Counted from the first letter of the stretch, positions 1-9,411 are shown. The stretch is DNA of 45,383 bases from an uncultured Clostridia bacterium (GCA_944391235.1 CALXSV010000094.1:1-45383), one strand, 5' to 3'. The notes: generated by a model not told the origin, from the letters alone. Translations and numbers: made by a program.

Positions 1-437
1 GCGTTCTTTTCATTGGTCTTCCAGGTTACATAGCTGTAACCATCGTCATCTACCAGACCAATTGCGGAAGTGAGCGTATCTTTGCCCACATATTTTACTT
101 TGTAGCAATCCAAAGCTTCGGCAGAGACGGAGGCCATTTCCGCACGGGTGATGTAAGTAGGACCATTGTACTGAATGTAGTCCAGGAGTCCAATTTCAGC
201 AGCTTTGTTGGCATAGCCAATCGGATAGGTGCTGTCAAAGTTGTAGCCCAGGATACGCAGAACTACGGTAGCAACTTCCTGCATGGAAACTTTGCCGTTG
301 GGGTCAAATTTATATGCGCCGCGACCGATCATCGGATCGTTGGCAAGAACAGTGTTGATGTAGACTTTGCCCCAATAGTTAGCAGGCACGTCAGTGAATT
401 TGCTAGCTTGGGTTGAATAGTAATCAATATTCTTTGC
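1..437 (-). CDS. SLH (S-layer homology) domain protein, partial; open to the left window edge and possibly 5'-truncated
   Basis: Not in the ORF track. Minus-strand frame reads ...DYYSTQASKFTDVPANYWGKVYINTVLANDPMIGRGAYKFDPNGKVSMQEVATVVLRILGY..., a classic SLH start (FTDVP..W). The frame is closed by TAG at 438-440. There is no ATG/GTG/TTG and no signal peptide between that stop and the SLH motif. Confidence 0.5.
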
Positions 438-642
438 CTATTTCCCTTTTGTGCAGGCCCCTTGGCATGGGGCTTGGCCTGCCGGAAAGTTGGTTTTTTG
501 CAAATAAACTGTTGCGTTTCCTGTCATATTCCGGTATGATAGGATATGCCGAAGGGTGTTTAGGGGTACGGCGCAATGCGGCAGAGGAGCCTGTTTTCTG
601 GCTTGTCTTTGCCCAAAATCCGTCTAAAAAGGAGATAAACAA

Positions 643-1527
643 ATGGATAAACACGTAACATGGATGAAAAAGTTTTCTATCGTTCTACTGGCTATGGCTA
701 TGCTGGTCAGCCTGTGCGCCTGTGGCAGCGGCCAAGATGCAAATGCAACCCCGGCTGAGGTGATTAAAGCTGCGCAGGAAAAAATGGCGGAAGTCACCAG
801 CATGAGCTATGATATGATCATGGATATGGAAATGGGTATTGCTGAGCAGTCTTTTGTGATGAACACTACGGCAACTGCTGACCAGATTGTGGAGCCTCTG
901 CAAATGAAAATGGAGATGTCCATGAACATGGGAGAGCTCGGCACCACCGCTACAACCATGTACATTGCACAGGAAGATGGCAAGTTCATGTGCTACATGG
1001 GAATGGACGATGGTACTGGCAACATGATTTGGCAGAAGCAGGAGATGACAGACGTAGATGAAATTATGGCCCAGTATGATGGCAAGGAATCTATGGATGT
1101 ATACATTTCCAGTGCGGAAGGTTTTGTTGAGAATGGAAGCGAAGAGATTAATGGCGAGGAGGCTACCCGCTATGATGGTACAATCTCCAAAGATGCGATG
1201 AATGAGGCGTTGGAAACCTCTGGTGCGCTTTCCCAGTTCTCCAGTCTGGGCCTTTCTGAAGATGCGCTGGCCAGCATGATCAATGATTTGGGCGAAATGC
1301 CGATTAGCATCTGGATTGGCAAGGATAGCGGCCTGCCGGTAAAATATGACATGGATATGACGACTGTTATGCAGAACCTGATGACCAATATGATGGATAG
1401 CATGGGTGGTAGTGCGGATATGGAGCTGACCATTAGTAAAATGACTATATCCATGACCCTGCGCAATTTCAACGGGGTTGAGGCAATTGAAATTCCCGCA
1501 GAAGCCCAGGCTGCACAGGCTCTGTAA
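643..1527 (+). CDS. Secreted lipoprotein, extremely methionine-rich (possibly LolA/LppX-like fold)
   Basis: AAGGAG lies 8 nt before the ATG. Signal peptide with lipobox: LLAMAMLVSLCAC-GSG. About 33 Met in about 267 mature residues, often in alternating MxM strings (MIMDMEMG, MKMEMSMNM, MDMTTVM, MTNMMDSM). A strong terminator follows. Confidence 0.8.
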   Translation: MDKHVTWMKKFSIVLLAMAMLVSLCACGSGQDANATPAEVIKAAQEKMAEVTSMSYDMIMDMEMGIAEQSFVMNTTATADQIVEPLQMKMEMSMNMGELGTTATTMYIAQEDGKFMCYMGMDDGTGNMIWQKQEMTDVDEIMAQYDGKESMDVYISSAEGFVENGSEEINGEEATRYDGTISKDAMNEALETSGALSQFSSLGLSEDALASMINDLGEMPISIWIGKDSGLPVKYDMDMTTVMQNLMTNMMDSMGGSADMELTISKMTISMTLRNFNGVEAIEIPAEAQAAQAL

Positions 1528-1616
1528 AGATAGCGTTGCTCTATTTGCACATACTTGCAAAACAGATAAAAGGACTTTGCTATGCTGGCAACAGCCTGAG
1601 CCGTTTCCCCAGACAA

Positions 1617-1652
1617 AAAGCATCTTACCTCTTACAGGTAAGATGCTTTTTT
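1617..1652. terminator. Rho-independent terminator between convergent genes
   Basis: 13-bp perfect stem AAAGCATCTTACC / GGTAAGATGCTTT with a 7-nt loop and a T-run. An A-run on the other side allows use from both strands. Confidence 0.8.
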
Positions 1653-1696
1653 ATTGTCTACGCTATGTTTTATGCGTTGCTGGCAGCCTGCTCCTT

Positions 1697-2152
1697 TTAG
1701 GATATTTTTTCCTGTAGTACGGCTCGGCGGATGTTTTCGTTTTGCTCAAAAAAGTATTTAATAATATCCTTTCTGGTGACAATACCAATAAAGGTATCCG
1801 CATCGTCAATTACAGGAATAAAGTTTTGATTCATGGAGCGCATCAGCAGCTCTTCTACAGTAGCTGTAATATGCACGGGCGGATTTTTCTCACGCCGCAA
1901 GATATCGTATATGTACATTTGCTCTGTATTACGGATATGAATCTCTGGTATATCTTCCTGTAAATCATTATCCAGTAAATACCACAGAAAATCTCCTTCG
2001 CTTACTGTGCCAAGATATTTGCCGGCACGGTTTATTACCGGTATGGCTGTATAGCCATGATGTCGAAGTTTTTCCAGCCCCTGCCTAAGTGTAAAGTCAT
2101 CATATAGATAGGCAACTGTGCTTTTGGGTGTTAGAAAAAAGGCTACATTCAT
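1697..2152 (-). CDS. Stand-alone CBS-pair domain protein (CbpB/YkuL-like size and layout)
   Basis: 151 aa with two CBS repeats (GYTAIPVINRAGKYLGTVSEGDF...; FIPVIDDADTFIGIVTRKDII). No other domain is present. Confidence 0.75.
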   Translation of the reverse strand: MNVAFFLTPKSTVAYLYDDFTLRQGLEKLRHHGYTAIPVINRAGKYLGTVSEGDFLWYLLDNDLQEDIPEIHIRNTEQMYIYDILRREKNPPVHITATVEELLMRSMNQNFIPVIDDADTFIGIVTRKDIIKYFFEQNENIRRAVLQEKIS

Positions 2153-2449
2153 ACTTTATTAAACCTCCTGTTTTTGGTGGATAATATGCGCTGCTATGAG
2201 ATGCGCAGTTGCTGCATCTCACCTAATACATTATACTTGAAAGTGAGCGCCTCCTGCCGTTTGGGGTTTGGATTCAGTAAAATATCATGATTTAAGCAGC
2301 CAAAAAACAGCTTATCCACTCCCAGGTGTAGACAGGATAGGATTGGCACACTTTACCAATCCTGTCCTGTTCTTTCCAGCAGCCACGTTTGACAATCAAT
2401 CTTTGTCCTGCGTGCATTGCTACACAGTAGATATCCAGGCCAGCTACGC

Positions 2450-4108
2450 TTATTCTGCAGCAGTATCTACAGCAATGATTCTCTCGTTGCCATAGGGATC
2501 GGTATAAGGTTCGCCCACATTGCCGTTCAGTGTCTCGGTAATATAGGCAATCAGAACCTGGTAATCCAGCATAAAGCTATCCTGTAGTAGGTTGTTGTCG
2601 GCAAACATGGTGTAGCCATCGCCGCAGTTTTTAACCAAATAATTGTGCGAGGCCACGGTATAGGTTTTCTCTAAATCCAGTGCCTGACCAGCTACCTGCA
2701 CGTTTTTCACCCGGTATTCGCCATCTACAGAGAGAAACATGCCATTTTCATCCAGCTGTACGGAGGAATCAATGTAAGTATGGATTTCATAGCTCAGGCC
2801 GGATACCTGTAAAAAGCCGCCGGATTCTGTGGGTACCGCCCGTGCGCCCAACTCCAGAGCATCTAGGATTTCTTGCCCAGTGGCCTCCACTACGCAAAGC
2901 TCGTTGCCAAAGGGGAATACGCTAACCAGGTTGTTATAGGTGATGTCACCGGGCGCAATATCCGTGCGAATTCCGCCGCCGTTCACCAGCCCAATATCCG
3001 CCTGTCCCACGGTGCGGTAAGCGTCCGCACACAGATCACCCAGATTGGTTTCCGCCGTGCGGATAATGCGTACATCTGTGGCTGGGTCATTGATAATCAG
3101 GTGCACATCCGTATGGGCAATAACTGTGTTAAACTGCTCGTCAAATTGTGCGTAAATATCTTGGATATAGCTGGCTGTATCAGCATCCGGCTCTGCACAT
3201 TCGCTGATGAGCGTGCAGCTGATGTTACCCGCTGTATCAATTTGCAGCTGTCCTATGTTGACCAGACCTGTGCCAGTAGAGCTGAGAATAACGCTCTCGC
3301 CCTCCTTATTCTGAACCTTTTCACATTCCAGTACGCTGTGCGAGTGTCCATCCAGTACCGCGTCGATTCCCGTGGTATTGGCAATTACATCTGTGGACAT
3401 CCAGGGCGTGCAGCTGGCCTCAATTCCCAGATGCGATAGGGCGATAACATAATCCGCGCCTGCCTCACGGGCTGCGTCCACCGCAGCCTGCACAGCGTTG
3501 TACAGCGCTTCTCCGCTTTCATCCGCGCAGAAGCCGTAGATAAATTCGCCCTGCTCATTTTGGAAGTAAGCGGGTGTGGAGCTGGTAATGGTGCGGGGTG
3601 TGCTGATACCGACAAAGCCTAGCTTCACACCGCCGATCTCCTTTATGACATAGGTATCGAGCACAGGCTCGCCGCTCTGCAAATCGGTAAAATTGGCGGA
3701 GAGAAAGGGGAAGTTGGCTGTTTCTGCCAATTCCAGAAAACGCTCCATACCATAGTCGAATTCATGGTTACCGGGCGTTGCTACATCATAGCCAACGTAG
3801 TTCATCAAATCAATGGCATAGCTGCCAGTGGATACCGTGCCGATCGGCGCGCCCTGAATAGCGTCACCAGCGTCAGCCAGCAGCACATAGCCATCCGTGG
3901 ACAGCTCCTTTTTCAGGGCTGCTACAGCGGCATAGCCCAGATTGTCGGCAAACGCGCAGTGCACATCATTGGTAAACAGTACGGTAATGGTTTTGTCCGA
4001 CAGGGCCGGGCTGTCGGTGTTCCCTGTCTGATCAGAGCAGGCGCTAAAGGAAAATAGGAAAAACAGGATCAGCATTAGTGCAGCGATTCGTTTTAACAGC
4101 CTTTGCAT
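2450..4108 (-). CDS. Bifunctional metallophosphatase / 5'-nucleotidase lipoprotein (UshA/CpdB family)
   Basis: Lipobox LFSFSAC-S. Calcineurin-like motifs NDVHC, GDAIQG, GNHEFDYG and SHLG. C-terminal 5'-nucleotidase domain (VNGGGIR, FPFGN). Confidence 0.85.
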   Translation of the reverse strand: MQRLLKRIAALMLILFFLFSFSACSDQTGNTDSPALSDKTITVLFTNDVHCAFADNLGYAAVAALKKELSTDGYVLLADAGDAIQGAPIGTVSTGSYAIDLMNYVGYDVATPGNHEFDYGMERFLELAETANFPFLSANFTDLQSGEPVLDTYVIKEIGGVKLGFVGISTPRTITSSTPAYFQNEQGEFIYGFCADESGEALYNAVQAAVDAAREAGADYVIALSHLGIEASCTPWMSTDVIANTTGIDAVLDGHSHSVLECEKVQNKEGESVILSSTGTGLVNIGQLQIDTAGNISCTLISECAEPDADTASYIQDIYAQFDEQFNTVIAHTDVHLIINDPATDVRIIRTAETNLGDLCADAYRTVGQADIGLVNGGGIRTDIAPGDITYNNLVSVFPFGNELCVVEATGQEILDALELGARAVPTESGGFLQVSGLSYEIHTYIDSSVQLDENGMFLSVDGEYRVKNVQVAGQALDLEKTYTVASHNYLVKNCGDGYTMFADNNLLQDSFMLDYQVLIAYITETLNGNVGEPYTDPYGNERIIAVDTAAE

Positions 4109-4327
4109 AGAAAAAACTCCTTCCTGTTGCTGCCGGATAGCCCGGCTACTGTGTTGTTGGGCAGGTTCTTTATAAAACTAAAACTGCATGCTTTCCCTAT
4201 GCGCTGCGCGGTTAGGCGGCCAAAGGGAAAAGGCAGGTTAAGCACTTGTCTTTATCATAGCATAGCAAGTACCAGCTGTCATCCAATAATTTGGCGGAAA
4301 TAGGCTTTGCCCTTTGGCAAGCCTTAG

Positions 4328-5902
4328 CTAGATGAGTGGCGCAATCAGTCGCAGCACTCTGCCGGCAATTTTGCTGCCCAGCCGCTGATTTTTTACATCC
4401 TGCATGCTTATCTGACGGCACTTGGCCAGCGTGTTTTGCACATCCGCCTCAATGTCGGCAATAACCGGCATATCCTCCATATAGGCTGCGCATTCAAAAT
4501 GATGATACAGACTGCGGTAGTCCAGATTGATGGTGCCCACCACTGCCTTGCAGTCATCACTGACAAAGACCTTGGCATGGATGAAGCCGGGCGTGTATTC
4601 ATAAATTTTTACACCCGCTTTGAGCAGCTCCTTGTAATGCGTTTTGGCTACCAAATCCGCATACCAGTGGTCTGCAATATAGGGCATAATCAGCTTTACC
4701 TCTACTCCGCGTTTAGCAGCAAATTGCAGGGCTGTTGTCATTTCCCCATCTAAAATCAGATAGGGCGTCATGATATGCACATAGCGCTCCGCGCGGTTAA
4801 GCATATCCATATAGACCATTTGCCCCACCTTATCCTCATCCAGCGGACTGTCGCCATAGGGTAGAATATAGCCGCCACCCGGTTGTGTGATGGGAATGGG
4901 CGCGGACAGATAGGGCTGGTAGTTGATCTGCAGCTCCGTTGTATTCCATAGTTGGAGAAACATCAGCGTAAAGCTGCGTACTGCTTCGCCTTTGATCATG
5001 ATAGCCGTGTCTTTCCAGTGGCCGTGCCGCTGGATGAGGTTGATGTACTCATCCGCCAGATTAATGCCGCCGGTAAAGGCGGTGTGGCCGTCTATGACCA
5101 GGATTTTGCGATGGTCACGATAGTTGTAGTGTGTGGACAGGAAGGGACGCAGCGGGGAAAACATTTTGCACTGAATGCCCAACTGCTCCAGGCTCTTGGG
5201 ATAGTTGTAGGGCAGGGATGAAAAAGCGCATGTGCCGTCATACATCATGCGTACTTCCACGCCCTGTTTGACTTTTTTGGCCAGCAGGCTGAGTACGCGT
5301 CCCCACATATGTCCCTCGCGCACAATAAAATATTCAAGAAAGATAAAGTGCTCCGCCTGCTCAATCTGCCGCAGCATCTCTGCAAACTTATCCTCGCCCT
5401 GCGCAAAGTACCAGGCCTGCGTGTTCTGATAAATGGGATATCCACCATTGTGCAGGGTATAAATGGTTAGGTTATAGAGGCCGCGCTTGTCCTCCCGCAG
5501 TTTTTCCAGCAGCGCTCCGTCCACCGGCAATTCATTTTTTGCTGCTGCGGAGATAATTTCCATGCGCTGTTTTAAGGCGCGGTGTCCAATATCCAGCTGT
5601 ATACAAATGTACAGGAGCGCGCCGAATACCGGCAAGATCATAATTAAAATAATCCAGGTTATTTTAACGCTGGCATTGTGCTCTGTGTTGACCAGATGCA
5701 CAACCATCACCAAAGAAATAAACAGCGAGCCGCTCCATAAATAGGGCACCAATCCCTCGAAGAAGCGGACGAGACACACTAGCAGCCAGATTTGCAGGAC
5801 CAGCAGTAGAATAATGATGCCAGTGCGCCCAAAAATCATTTTAATGGCGCCGCGTTTGCCTTTTTTGAGTAGAAATAATTCATTGTTGTCCGCGTTGTTC
5901 AA
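4328..5902 (-). CDS. cls: Cardiolipin synthase (PLD superfamily)
   Basis: Two N-terminal TM helices followed by two HKD motifs (HRKILVIDG...GGINL and HAKVFVSDD...GTINLD). The start could be the internal Met at 5839. Confidence 0.85.
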   Translation of the reverse strand: MNNADNNELFLLKKGKRGAIKMIFGRTGIIILLLVLQIWLLVCLVRFFEGLVPYLWSGSLFISLVMVVHLVNTEHNASVKITWIILIMILPVFGALLYICIQLDIGHRALKQRMEIISAAAKNELPVDGALLEKLREDKRGLYNLTIYTLHNGGYPIYQNTQAWYFAQGEDKFAEMLRQIEQAEHFIFLEYFIVREGHMWGRVLSLLAKKVKQGVEVRMMYDGTCAFSSLPYNYPKSLEQLGIQCKMFSPLRPFLSTHYNYRDHRKILVIDGHTAFTGGINLADEYINLIQRHGHWKDTAIMIKGEAVRSFTLMFLQLWNTTELQINYQPYLSAPIPITQPGGGYILPYGDSPLDEDKVGQMVYMDMLNRAERYVHIMTPYLILDGEMTTALQFAAKRGVEVKLIMPYIADHWYADLVAKTHYKELLKAGVKIYEYTPGFIHAKVFVSDDCKAVVGTINLDYRSLYHHFECAAYMEDMPVIADIEADVQNTLAKCRQISMQDVKNQRLGSKIAGRVLRLIAPLI

Positions 5903-6298
5903 TACCCTTTCCTCCGCTTTTCCTAATAATCCCCAATAATCCTGAGAAAAACCTACCTGGATAACAGAATGCCGGTAGTTTTTTCTCTCTTTTCCTATTA
6001 TAAAGCAAAATCAGCAATTTTTCACCCTGCAGACAGAAAAAATGTCTTGGCCTACAGGGTACAAGCGTTCCGGGCAATATATCGGGCAAAAGTGTTTTGT
6101 CTTGGAGCTTTCTCTGGATTCTCTTTCCTATTGCCGTTCACCAGACGAACATTCATGTTAAAGCCTTCTTTTTTACTCGGATCTGCATAAACCTAGCGCT
6201 TCATATCTGGGCCTGTTGCGGACAGCTGGAAGAAGAGGTTATAATTAGGGGGAGCCAGGCAAATTCGCCTGCTAATATGATGGATGGAGGTAAGCGAG

Positions 6299-6724
6299 AT
6301 GGCTGATGAATTATCCCTGCTTCCGGAACACGACTGGCCGGTCCTACAGCCCTTTTGGGAAGCCGCCAACCGGGGAGAGTTAGTTTTTCCCCGCTGCAAA
6401 CATTGCGGAACCTGGCATTGGTACCCCACGTATATGTGCCGTGAATGCGAAGGTGAGCTGGAGTGGGTAAGCGTTGCCCCGCATGGTACTCTGTACAGCT
6501 GGGTTGTGGTTCGCCGTGCGCTTGTGGCAGAGTACCGGGAGAAGGTGCCCTATATTGTCGCTCTGCTGGAAATCGATGATGCGCCAGGCGTACGTTTTGT
6601 GCTTAATACCACAGATATGTCTTGCGAGAAAAAGCTATATATTGGCGCCAAAATGCAGATCGTATTTGAACGCTTAAGCGATGCAATCAATATGCCCAGA
6701 TGCCTGTTGGCAGAGCCGATTTAA
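6299..6724 (+). CDS. DUF35 Zn-ribbon / OB-fold protein (thiolase partner subunit)
   Basis: Zn-ribbon CKHCGTWHWYPTYMCRECEG followed by an OB-fold-like segment. GGAGG lies 8 nt before the ATG at 6299; the track start at 6284 has no SD. The stop abuts the next gene. Confidence 0.75.
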   Translation: MADELSLLPEHDWPVLQPFWEAANRGELVFPRCKHCGTWHWYPTYMCRECEGELEWVSVAPHGTLYSWVVVRRALVAEYREKVPYIVALLEIDDAPGVRFVLNTTDMSCEKKLYIGAKMQIVFERLSDAINMPRCLLAEPI

Positions 6725-6737
6725 GGAGGGGAATGGC

Positions 6738-7910
6738 ATGAAAAAGGAGCAACTGGCGATCATCGGTATCGGTGAAACCACGTATTCGTCCAATTCCGGC
6801 CTGACTGGAGAGGCGCTGCTGTTACAGGCTACTACGCGCGCGGTTCGGGATGCTGGCCTACGTATGAAGGATATTGATGGGATCATCATTCCCCGGGAAA
6901 TGTCCGATGTCCGCCCATATGAGCTGGAATTCCAAACCGGTATGAATGCCAAATTCAAGGCCTACGCCATGATGGAATCTACAGCCGGCGTGATTCACGC
7001 CATGGAAATGGCGCAGGCTGCGCTTGCCGCGGGCATGGGCAAGCATTACCTGATCTACAGCGGGGCCAATCAGGCGTCCGCTTCGCAAAGCGCTTCTCCG
7101 CGCAATTTTCATATGCACGACCGTTATAAACGCAATCTGGAATTTCCCATGGGCTTTCATCCGCAGCCAGTTTATTTTGCCGCCTGGAAGCGCCGTTACA
7201 GCGCGTTGTATGGGGATTGTGAGCCTGCTCTGGCTGCAATTTGTGTGAATCAGCGCCGTCATGCCCTGCTTAATGGCAATAGCCAGATGAAAAAACCGCT
7301 TAGCGTGGAAGATTATTATCGTTCTCCGCTGTTGGCGGAACCACTGCGTTTGCTGGATTGCTGTCTGATAACGGATAGCGCTGCTGCTTTGGTGGTTAGC
7401 AGCATGGAAACGGCCAAAGCGCTGCCGCGTCCAACAGGTCGCCCCCTGGTTCCCGTTCTTGGGCTGGCTACTGCAGCAACGGATCCGGTGAGCCCCTATT
7501 GCTTTCATCAAACGCGTCCAGAAATGTTTGACACGGCAGCGGGCAAGTGTGTACCCCTTGCCATGTCCATGGCGGGTATTCAACACGATGATATTGATGT
7601 AATGGAGATGTATGACTGCTTTAGTATCACGGTCCTGCGGGAAATTGAGGATTGTGGCTTTTGCGGGATTGGCGAAGGCATTGATTTTATTGGCGATGGC
7701 TCTGTCCTCTCATTGGAAGGGAAGTTCCCCTTGAATACCCATGGCGGCCAGTTGTCGCGTGGCTATTCCTGGGGGATGTGCCATGTTCTTGAAGCAACCA
7801 AGCAGATGCGCGGCGAGGCTGCGCGGTGTCAGATTCCTGGTGCGAAAACCGCCTTTGTCGGCGGGTACGGTGCTTGGCAGTATGGCTGCCTGATTTTAGG
7901 CCGCGATTGA
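6738..7910 (+). CDS. SCP-x/Ltp-type thiolase-fold protein, apparently lacking the canonical catalytic Cys and His
   Basis: Thiolase-like N- and C-terminal halves (LAIIGIGETTY, AEPLRLLDCCLITDSAAALVV, MYDCFSI, PLNTHGGQLS). AAGGAGG precedes the ATG at 6738. The expected CxSG reads STAG and the expected GHP reads GYS (alignment by eye). Confidence 0.7.
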   Translation: MKKEQLAIIGIGETTYSSNSGLTGEALLLQATTRAVRDAGLRMKDIDGIIIPREMSDVRPYELEFQTGMNAKFKAYAMMESTAGVIHAMEMAQAALAAGMGKHYLIYSGANQASASQSASPRNFHMHDRYKRNLEFPMGFHPQPVYFAAWKRRYSALYGDCEPALAAICVNQRRHALLNGNSQMKKPLSVEDYYRSPLLAEPLRLLDCCLITDSAAALVVSSMETAKALPRPTGRPLVPVLGLATAATDPVSPYCFHQTRPEMFDTAAGKCVPLAMSMAGIQHDDIDVMEMYDCFSITVLREIEDCGFCGIGEGIDFIGDGSVLSLEGKFPLNTHGGQLSRGYSWGMCHVLEATKQMRGEAARCQIPGAKTAFVGGYGAWQYGCLILGRD

Positions 7911-7995
7911 AAAGAGGCGTTCTGGAGACTGTTTGTACTACAGCTTTTGTATAAAGCTATGTCAGCGAATTGGAATATTCCTTGGTATATAGGAT

Positions 7996-8036
7996 AAGGC
8001 CCACACCCTCGTCAAATTGCAAAGGGTATGGGCCTT
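7996..8036 (+). terminator. Rho-independent terminator after the thiolase-like gene
   Basis: Stem AAGGCCCACACCCT / AGGGTATGGGCCTT (one mismatch) followed by TTGTG. Confidence 0.6.
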
Positions 8037-8155
8037 TGTGAGATTCCCGCTTACCAAGCCACTCTTTATCTTTACACGAAACGGAGAAAGAAATTTGCCA
8101 GAAAAAGCCCCAGCTATCCTACCGGAAAATGGGGCTTCGCGGTATATTCTATACG

Positions 8156-8923
8156 CTAAAGCGCAGGATATTCTACTTGTAAATCATCATGCGGGACAAA
8201 GGTAGTCGTAAAACTGTTATCAGTGAAATAGGATTCAGTTATGGTACGGTAGCTGCAGCTTACTTTATATAACCGTCCGTCCTGATCCAATAAAACGGTA
8301 TATTCAGGATCTTTCAACAACGATTGGTCAATATAGTCATTAAAAGTAGTTTCAGAGAACTCTAACTTATTAAGATAAAAGCTCTTGGCATCAATGATAA
8401 ATTTAAGCAGGCGACCATTTTCATCTATACTCTCCTGCTGGGAAAGGATAGTCAGGGGGTGCAGATCCCAGACATTATCCAATGCAAACTGCAGAAGGTA
8501 GTCGCCATCCTGTAGCTGCGAATCATTATAGCTCTCTTCCGTGGATGTTTGCGCCACCTGGGACTGGTAAAAGCGTCCGTCCCGATAGTACATCACACCA
8601 GACATCTCTTCTCTATTCCCATTCGTCGTGGAGTCGGTATCTTGATCTGCAGATACAGCAGTCCAGTTGCAGACGCCATTATAGGCACTATCCTCTTTCA
8701 CAATCTCATATTGCGCCGCATAATCAAGACTCGTTGTTGCGCCGTCAATCATCGAGTTGCTGTAGCCGATAACATGGATAACATAAGAAGTATCCTTGAT
8801 CATTTTATGATAAGCCTGTTGATACGTATCAACAGGCTTATGAGAGCAGGTACACAGCAACATGGAGCATATAACAAAAGTAAGTATAAGCGATAGAATC
8901 TGTTTATGAAATCTAAAAGCCAT
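8156..8923 (-). CDS. Hypothetical lipoprotein in a low-GC stretch
   Basis: Signal peptide and lipobox (FVICSMLLCTC-SHK). No recognisable catalytic motifs. Noticeably more AT-rich than neighbouring genes. Confidence 0.65.
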   Translation of the reverse strand: MAFRFHKQILSLILTFVICSMLLCTCSHKPVDTYQQAYHKMIKDTSYVIHVIGYSNSMIDGATTSLDYAAQYEIVKEDSAYNGVCNWTAVSADQDTDSTTNGNREEMSGVMYYRDGRFYQSQVAQTSTEESYNDSQLQDGDYLLQFALDNVWDLHPLTILSQQESIDENGRLLKFIIDAKSFYLNKLEFSETTFNDYIDQSLLKDPEYTVLLDQDGRLYKVSCSYRTITESYFTDNSFTTTFVPHDDLQVEYPAL

Positions 8924-9205
8924 ATGAATATGCCTCCGTAGTAATAGTAGTTAAAGCACCAGAAAAAGAGGTAAAGCTCTCAACCTAGATTCCACCCCTA
9001 AATTTATTATAATAAACTAGCTTTAGCATAACAATGTTATTTTTTACAAAAATTTACCTTGTTTTATGGTAATTATCGTAATAATGTTAAAATATTTTAT
9101 ATAGTTTGTGTCAGCTTTTTCTTATTTTGCGGCAGGTAAATTATATGAGTACTTATTGAATGAAAGTTGAATTATTTGGCCGTTTTTCCTAAAAAAGACA
9201 AAAAG

Positions 9206-9241
9206 AAAACCCCTGCCATCATAACCGATAGCAGGGGGTTT
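9206..9241 (-). terminator. Terminator of the tRNA operon
   Basis: On the minus strand: GAAACCCCCTGC-loop-GCAGGGGTTTTC followed by TTTTTGTCTTTTTT. Confidence 0.75.
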
Positions 9242-9244
9242 CTT

Positions 9245-9320
9245 TGGTTGCGGAGGCAGGACTTGAACCTGCGACCTCCGGGTTATGAGCCCGACGAGCT
9301 GCCAGCTGCTCTACTCCGCG
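9245..9320 (-). tRNA. Initiator tRNA-fMet (CAT)
   Basis: Reverse complement is CGCGGAGTAGAGCAGCTGGCAGCTCGTCGGGCTCATAACCCGGAGGTCGCAGGTTCAAGTCCTGCCTCCGCAACCA. It has the C1:A72 mismatch, three G-C pairs in the anticodon stem, a CAT anticodon and an encoded CCA. Confidence 0.9.
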
Positions 9321-9326
9321 GCATAA

Positions 9327-9411
<85 letters not shown>

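Noticed and set aside
685-1623. 312-aa ORF antisense to the lipoprotein gene, rich in His and Cys
   Set aside because: It is the mirror image of the Met-rich gene (ATG read backwards gives CAT). It has no SD and no family motifs, whereas the plus-strand gene has an SD, a lipobox and a terminator.
6858-7586. 242-aa ORF antisense to the thiolase-like gene
   Set aside because: It has no motifs or SD and lies opposite a gene with clear family landmarks.
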